A DNA stretch of 64,000 nucleotides from Candidatus Binatia bacterium (GTDB taxonomy: Bacteria > Desulfobacterota > Binatia > UBA9968), in NCBI GenBank assembly GCA_036554745.1, contig DATBMR010000320.1, positions 1,732 to 65,731 of the forward strand. Reading direction: 5' to 3'. Within the stretch, counting starts at the first letter, position 1. Each line of letters opens with the position of its first letter. The notes under the pieces were generated by a model. That model ran no database searches. It saw nothing but the letters and a program-made list of their open reading frames with translations, and was not told the DNA's origin. Below, piece after piece: positions 58,598 to 64,000 of this stretch. The translations under genes and the position numbers were made by a program.

Positions 58598-58993
58598 TTA
58601 GCTTGCCACTTCTAATTGGTTCTCCACTTGCTTCACGCCTGCCACTTGCTTCGCCTTTGCTTCAATCTTCGTTTTCTCCTGCTCGCTCTTCACCGGCCCG
58701 CGCAAGGTGACGGTTCCGTCATTGGTGATGATCTTGACATTCTTGGCGTCCGTCGAAAGGGTATCATCCGAGGTGATTGCCTGACGCACTTGCTGTGTGA
58801 TGGTCCGGTCCACTTCGTTCTCGGCCTGATCACCGGCAGTTTTTGTAGCGTCGCCGCGGTCCCGCTGGTTGCGAGCCGTATTGTCCGGCGCGGTTGCGGA
58901 CGGTGGCGATGCCTGGTTACCCTGATTACGCTCGTCGCCGCAGCCTGCCGTTCCAACGGCTGCGATAAACATGAACATGAGAATGTAGTTCAT
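58598..58993 (-). CDS. BON domain lipoprotein (OsmY-like)
   Basis: MNYILMFMFIAAVGTAGC lipobox and a BON segment IITNDGTVTLRGPVKSEQEKTKIEAKAKQVAGVKQVENQLEV. AAGGAGG lies upstream of ATG 58993. Confidence 0.75.
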   Translation of the reverse strand: MNYILMFMFIAAVGTAGCGDERNQGNQASPPSATAPDNTARNQRDRGDATKTAGDQAENEVDRTITQQVRQAITSDDTLSTDAKNVKIITNDGTVTLRGPVKSEQEKTKIEAKAKQVAGVKQVENQLEVAS

Positions 58994-59345
58994 TCGATCC
59001 TCCTTAGGCATTGGTACGAGTTGGCGCAATTCATATGCCAGAGCAAATGCCACTCATTTATGACGATCTCCAGGGGCGCACTTAAAAAAGTGTCCCGGAA
59101 CTCTTACAGACAGGGCCTTGCACTGTACTTAAAATGAACGTCCGTTTGCTTGCCCGATGGACGTCGTTCTTGAATTTTGATTTGACCTTGAAGTTATTTT
59201 GCCGGTGACCTATGGAACTCTCTTAGGCTCAGGTGAGAATGGGCATTGGGCGCCTCGCAGGCAAAGACGCTGCTCACGAGCATGGCTCGATGTGTTATTG
59301 GTTCATAGCCACGTCGAATTTCTCGCCGCCCCATGCCTGAGAGCT

Positions 59346-60061
59346 ATGAATATCGATCTACATTCCCCCTTCTTTCCGCTCGACGCACTGCAGAGTCCGG
59401 ACAAATATGAGAACCGCGCGCCGAAGCTAGTGCTCAATAACGGAAGGTTAACGTCACGTCACGGATTGGATTTCGCCCGGGGCTTTCTGCCGGAGCGTAC
59501 GATCCGGCAGAAAGGATCAAGGCGCTCGATGAGATGCAGATCGATCTGCAAGCGATCTCGCCGTCCCCGATCTTGCTTTTGTACTGGGAAGAGCCGAGGG
59601 TGGCGGCCCACTTTTCGCGCAAGCAGAACGAAGCCATTTCAAGGAGTTGTGCAAAAGCCGCTTCGACGGCCTTGGCAATGTGCCGCTTCAAAGTGTTCAA
59701 GATGCAATTGCAATCGCGCAGGAAGCCAAAAGCCTCGGGGTGCTCGGGCTGGAAATCGGCAACGCCGTCGGTGACAGGCCGCTCGACGATCCGAGCTTCG
59801 CACCGTTCTTCGAAGCGGTTCAAAAGCTCGACATGCTACTGTTCGTTCATCCACTTGAGGGCGGCCTTGACCGATGATCCGCTGGCGCCGGTGCTCGGCA
59901 ACTTTCTACAATTCACCTTTCGCACGACCATGATTGTAGAGCGCATGATCCTGAAGGGTATGTTCGACAAGTATCCCAATCTTCGGTTGTGCTTATCTCA
60001 TTGCGGAGGTCTGCTCGCTTTCACCGTCCATGCTAACGGAGAGGAGGAAATATCTCATTAG
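59346..60061 (+). pseudogene. amidohydrolase-2 (ACMSD-like decarboxylase/hydrolase) pseudogene with at least three frameshifts
   Basis: Family-like segments lie in different frames. MNIDLHSPFFP is in frame a. AYDPAERIKALDEMQIDLQAISPSP is in frame b. RFDGLGNVPLQSVQDAIAIAQEAKSLGVLGLEIG...FFEAVQKLDMLLFVHP is in frame c, ending at TGA 59875-59877. FRTTMIVERMILKGMFDKYPNLRLCLSHCGG returns to frame b. Confidence 0.65.
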
Positions 60062-60076
60062 CCGCCGGACTGACGC

Positions 60077-60985
60077 CTATCGTTGAACTTTAAGTTCAGC
60101 ATCGACATATTTCTTTAACCGAGTCATAAGCTCGAGGTCGCGAACCGGTATCTCATCGAACTTGGTCGTGCCCTCAAAAGCCTGCAACGCCTTCCTGCCC
60201 TCCTCAGTCTGGGGCATGTGAAGCAGAATCTCCCTAACTCTCTTCAACAGTGGGGCAGGGAGGTCCAGTCGATGGCTGACAATCTGCCGGGAAAAAAGGC
60301 CCGTCTCATGCAGGATGTTGAAGTTGTCAAGATTTTTCGCCAAGGTGAAATATTTTTGATCATCCGTTGCCCCGGCCGCCACCTCTCCATTCATCACCGA
60401 AAATACTGTATTCGTGTCGCCGTGAGTGAAAACATAACCCACTTCGTCGGGTTTCACGGGGTCGATTGCGTGTTTCTTGGGGACCAATCTTAGTCCATTT
60501 TCCAATAACACGACCTTCGGAAAGAAATAACTGGCCGAACCGAAGGGCTCTTCAAAGGCAATAATCTTGCCCTTGAGATCCTCTAATCGAGCAACGCCAC
60601 TGTCCTTTCGCGTGAAGATAATCGATCGATAGTCACCTTTCCCCATCTTCCAACGTCGGAGCAAGAGCTTACTGCCGGACAGGCGGCTAACAGCCACCGC
60701 GGGGAAAAAGCTATCGATATAGATATCTACTTGTCGCGTTTTCAGAAATGAGGACATCACAGAAATACTCTCCGCCACGACAACTTTTCCTTGGCTGATG
60801 CCCTCTGATTGCAACTGCCGCTCAAAATAGGTTGCGAGAGGCAAAAATTTTCTGGTCTCTGAGACCGGTGCCTTACTGATGGAACCTAGCTTGAAAGATG
60901 CCGCGCTTGCGTCGAGGAGTTGAGGCGAAAGCAAGACAATCGCCACCAGCGACAGCGTGTTTCCTAAACACCGCGGCATAATCAT
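60077..60985 (-). CDS. PhnD-like (phosphate/phosphonate-type) periplasmic binding protein, orphan
   Basis: A signal peptide (MIMPRCLGNTLSLVAIVLLS) and YRSIIFTRKDSGVARLEDLKGKIIAFEEPFGSASYFFP resemble Phosphonate-bd family SBPs. GGAGGAG lies upstream of ATG 60985. Confidence 0.55.
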   Translation of the reverse strand: MIMPRCLGNTLSLVAIVLLSPQLLDASAASFKLGSISKAPVSETRKFLPLATYFERQLQSEGISQGKVVVAESISVMSSFLKTRQVDIYIDSFFPAVAVSRLSGSKLLLRRWKMGKGDYRSIIFTRKDSGVARLEDLKGKIIAFEEPFGSASYFFPKVVLLENGLRLVPKKHAIDPVKPDEVGYVFTHGDTNTVFSVMNGEVAAGATDDQKYFTLAKNLDNFNILHETGLFSRQIVSHRLDLPAPLLKRVREILLHMPQTEEGRKALQAFEGTTKFDEIPVRDLELMTRLKKYVDAELKVQR

Positions 60986-61136
60986 CAGCTGTCTCCTCCG
61001 GGCAAGATGCGTGTTTCCTTTGGTTACGTCCCGTATGCGCGACAATTACCATGGATAAGAGGCTTTGTCTTTAAAAATTCGAAATCGCGCCAACGTTGGA
61101 GACGAGGCAAGCCGGGTTCTAGAGAAAAACTTACTA

Positions 61137-62390
61137 TCAGAGGGAGTCAACGGTTCGATTCTCTCTGCGCCCTCGTTCTAGTTCCTCTAGCTTGAGGAAG
61201 GGGACTAAGAGCCAGCAAAGAGCGGTGAAGGCGGCGCTGATGACGATCAGTCGCGTAAAGCCTACCTGATCGTAGAGCCATCCGCCGGTGATTTGCGAAA
61301 GCTGGACAGCCCCGTTGTAGACTGACGTCAGGAGGGCGAAGAATGTCGCTTCCACTTGCTTCGGGCAGGCCTTGGCCGCTAACTCGAGAAATGTGAGCTG
61401 GATGAACATCGCGACGCCACCGAATATCAGTGATATCACTATTGCAGAGATGTGATTTGCGTACCCGAGATAGGCGAGCGTCGCAATAACTCCAGCGACG
61501 ATGGCAAAGTGTATCAATTGCTTGAACGAAAAGGACTTGGAAAACGCGAAATAGAAGGCCGTTCCGACGATCCCCGATGTGTACGCGAGGGAATCCAGCG
61601 CCCCGACGAAGATTTTCGAGAAGTGGAGCACGTCGGTGGCATAATAAACCAGGGCCGGCCCGAATGAGGGACTAAAGTTGTAGAAAAAGATGAAGCCGCC
61701 CACGATCCAGAGGGTCCGGGATTTGATGGCGCCGCGGATGGCTGAAAACGTCTCGCCAAACTGTCTTTTGACACCCTCGACACGGGGCTCGCTGATCATA
61801 AAGATGCCCATCGTCAGTGTCATCAGAGGCCAAATGGTGGCGATCAGGAAAGTAAGGGACAGATTCTTGTTCTCAGCGAGCCAGCCCCCGCCGACACCGA
61901 CCATTATGGAGGCTAAGGAGATCGAGGCCCACTGGACCGCCTGAAACTGTCCGGTGACGCCGAGCCGGTTGCCATTCTCCACCATGAGCGCGTCGGTCAA
62001 TACGTCGGTGAACGCCAAGCCCAGCCCCATCAGCGTGAAAAACCCAGCGACACCCCAGTAGGTGTAGGATCCCATGAGACTAAGTGTTAGACCCATCGCT
62101 GCGGCAATGCCGGAAGTAACGATAAAATAGCTCTTCCGCCTTTGGCCGAACAGCGGCACGAAGTCCGAAATAAGGCCGTACACCGGCTTGATCAACCACG
62201 GAATGACGGTGATCGAAAAGAATGTCGCTGTTTGGGCGGAGCTAAGGCCAAGAGTGTCTTTTAGCAGGAATGTGATCGAAAGGTTCGGCAGATACCACAT
62301 CCCCTGGGCAAAGTAGACAATGGCAAAGACCAGCGCCAGACGACGTGCCTCCGGACTGTGGCGAAATGGTTGGAGACTCTGGAACTGCAC
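61137..62390 (-). CDS. MFS transporter, folate-biopterin transporter (BT1) family-like
   Basis: 12 TM helices. YFAQGMWYLPNLSITFLLKDTLGLSSAQTATFFSITVIPWLIKPVYGLISD matches the BT1 N-terminal signature as I recall it. Confidence 0.7.
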   Translation of the reverse strand: MQFQSLQPFRHSPEARRLALVFAIVYFAQGMWYLPNLSITFLLKDTLGLSSAQTATFFSITVIPWLIKPVYGLISDFVPLFGQRRKSYFIVTSGIAAAMGLTLSLMGSYTYWGVAGFFTLMGLGLAFTDVLTDALMVENGNRLGVTGQFQAVQWASISLASIMVGVGGGWLAENKNLSLTFLIATIWPLMTLTMGIFMISEPRVEGVKRQFGETFSAIRGAIKSRTLWIVGGFIFFYNFSPSFGPALVYYATDVLHFSKIFVGALDSLAYTSGIVGTAFYFAFSKSFSFKQLIHFAIVAGVIATLAYLGYANHISAIVISLIFGGVAMFIQLTFLELAAKACPKQVEATFFALLTSVYNGAVQLSQITGGWLYDQVGFTRLIVISAAFTALCWLLVPFLKLEELERGRRENRTVDSL

Positions 62391-62539
62391 GGCTTCATCA
62401 TAACGCGAAGCGTTGCACCCTGCACGGTTTAAGTTGTTGCAACACGCAGCGCTGCCTCGTTTACGGTCGATTGAGCGGCGCGATCGCTCCGGTATACTGG
62501 AATAAGGTTCATTTCCCTTGCGCAGCTTTGCTACGATCG

Positions 62540-63262
62540 ATGATTAGAACGCAAGCGCGGCGATCGATGGTGGTTCTGTGGCTCATGCTGGTGCTGCCGT
62601 CATGCGCGCCGCTGTCCAGTATAAAGGGGGTGAGTTCCGCGATCATTAGCGACAGTTTTACGGGCGGTACACCTGAACTCGCGTGGCGTCCCTACCCGCA
62701 TTTCAACAACGACAATCTCAAAGGAGCGACCGACTCCTCCTCGCCCGAAAGCGAGCCCGGCGTCGGTGTCCTCGACAACGGCGGTGCTGGCGGCTTCGCC
62801 GCGCTTTCCTACGCGGATACCCGCCGGCTCGAGGATTTTCAGCTCGAAGCTTGGCTGCACGTTCAGGTCACCAAACAAGAAAAGGGATCGCTTAACGGCA
62901 TCGCCTTCCGGGTCGATCCGGACAACGACAAGTATTATCGCTTTGCGGTCCACTTTGCCGCCGAGCCTTCTTTGTCGCTCGCCTACGTCGGTAGGGACTC
63001 CAACCATTTCCCGGTCATGGTAGCGGAGTGGAAGGCCGCCGCACTTTCGGGCGGCGCGCCCGAAACAAGCGGTTGGCACCGCGTCGTAATCGAGGTTAAA
63101 AACCACACGGCTGAAATCTTTTGGGATTCCATGCGGCTTCCTGGAGGTCCCTTTCGATTGGATCGCATTGGCTCCGGTCTTGTCGGAGTCTACGCAACTT
63201 TTACCGGCGGCCGCGGGATCGCTGAGACCAAGATAGACGGCCTGCGGATACGGACTCCATAG
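62540..63262 (+). CDS. secreted lipoprotein, possibly a concanavalin/DUF1080-like beta-sandwich (hypothetical)
   Basis: MIRTQARRSMVVLWLMLVLPSC lipobox. GWHRVVIEVKNHTAEIFWDSMRL resembles lectin-fold domains. The track ORF start at 62345 overlaps the divergent MFS gene. Confidence 0.45.
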   Translation: MIRTQARRSMVVLWLMLVLPSCAPLSSIKGVSSAIISDSFTGGTPELAWRPYPHFNNDNLKGATDSSSPESEPGVGVLDNGGAGGFAALSYADTRRLEDFQLEAWLHVQVTKQEKGSLNGIAFRVDPDNDKYYRFAVHFAAEPSLSLAYVGRDSNHFPVMVAEWKAAALSGGAPETSGWHRVVIEVKNHTAEIFWDSMRLPGGPFRLDRIGSGLVGVYATFTGGRGIAETKIDGLRIRTP

Positions 63263-63472
63263 CGTGCTGAAGCTCACTTGCCGCGGGAGTCAGTTCATCC
63301 GGAAGGTGCCCAGCGCGCTGCACATCCCAAAGCGAGACACTGGTCTTCTTTGGCGCGGCGCAGTTTGATATTAGTGAATGGTTGTCTTTCATAGACTCGC
63401 GAAAGAGAAGCGATCGGCTCGATGTCGAGGACGGAGGGCCTTCGGTCCGAACCGCTCCCACATCTCAAGCCG

Positions 63473-64000
63473 ATGAGAACGGTGAATCTCAACAATCAAA
63501 CCGCGTCTGACCAACCACACGTCAACCGCCTCGCGCTGTTCCTAGCGTTTTCCCGAATTAGCCTGTCGAGCTTCGGCGGTGCGCTATTCTGGGCGCGGCG
63601 GGAGCTCGTCGAACGACAGCGCTGGCTCACCGAACGCGAGTTCGTCGAATTGTTAACGATCGGGCAACTCTTGCCCGGACCGAACGTGCTCAATCTGACG
63701 GTGATGGTCGGCCATCGCTTTGCCGGCTGGACCGGAGCGGGGGCTGCCGTAACCGGGTATTTGGGTTGGCCCTGCCTTGTGGTCATCGCCATGGGAGTGC
63801 TCTACCAGCACTACGGCGATGTACAGCAGGTACAACACGCGCTCGCTGGCATGTCGAAGGTGGCGGCCGGATTGCTCCTCGCCACCGTGATCAAATTGGC
63901 GATGGTGTTGCCGCGGCGCTGGCGGCCCTGGCTATTCGGCATCCTGGCGTTTACGGGCGTAGGCTTTATGCGCTGGCCGCTTTTGTGGGTCCTTGGCGCG
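63473..64000 (+). CDS. chrA: chromate transporter (CHR family), 3-prime end outside window
   Basis: Absent from the ORF track because no stop occurs in the window. ATG 63473 opens a frame that runs to base 64000: MRTVNLNNQTASDQPHVNRLALFLAFSRISLSSFGGALFWARRELVERQRWLTEREFVELLTIGQLLPGPNVLNLTV... Confidence 0.75.
   Translation, partial: MRTVNLNNQTASDQPHVNRLALFLAFSRISLSSFGGALFWARRELVERQRWLTEREFVELLTIGQLLPGPNVLNLTVMVGHRFAGWTGAGAAVTGYLGWPCLVVIAMGVLYQHYGDVQQVQHALAGMSKVAAGLLLATVIKLAMVLPRRWRPWLFGILAFTGVGFMRWPLLWVLGA

Noticed and set aside
61148-61170. A GGTTCGATTCT motif resembling a tRNA T-loop. A GTTAGTTGG...CCAACTA hairpin at about 55290-55312 was also noted.
   Set aside because: No acceptor, D or anticodon arms can be built around either. 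The first lies in the last codons of the MFS gene. I found no tRNA in the window.
63201-63461. An 86-aa minus-strand ORF with ...TSVSLWDVQRAGHLPDEL..., faintly like the SxxSLWE(I/V)xxKxxxGKL segment of PIN/VapC toxins
   Set aside because: Only one short motif matches, no catalytic acidic residues can be aligned, and the ORF overlaps the end of the convergent lipoprotein gene. It may be a decayed toxin remnant, but the evidence is too weak to call.

Overview
A roughly 60 percent GC bacterial chromosomal segment with dense coding on both strands. I found no rRNA, tRNA, CRISPR array, transposase or integrase. The centre (42.0-55.2 kb) is a conserved housekeeping block: rplU-rpmA-obg-proB-proA-nadD-rsfS-gpmI-comF, a methyltransferase, an ArsR-methyltransferase (SahR-like) regulator and metH. 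The rest is transport and metabolism. It includes an overlap-coupled lyase / acyl-CoA ligase / SDR / SDR operon, two tandem Bug (TctC-type) receptors, three NMT1-type binding proteins, three amino-acid or solute ABC systems, a LigAB-type extradiol dioxygenase, citrate synthase, SthA, an ADP-forming acyl-CoA synthetase, CorA and two separate LemA loci. The most interesting locus is at 15.2-17.1 kb. A selenoprotein A gene (grdA) carries an in-frame TGA at 16747-16749, which the ORF track splits. A long hairpin follows the TGA, and a GrdC-like thiolase-fold gene sits directly upstream. None of the other glycine/sarcosine/betaine reductase genes (grdB/E/D, trx) occur in the 64 kb, so this may be an orphan or minimal GrdA-dependent module. 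Other items are a 5-prime-partial chromate transporter at the window end that the ORF track misses, a multiply frameshifted amidohydrolase pseudogene inside a more AT-rich stretch (about 57.7-63.3 kb), AT-rich operator-like palindromes at the MarR and SahR-like genes, and several intergenic repeat or hairpin elements. All family calls come from motifs read by eye and recalled family signatures. No database search was run.
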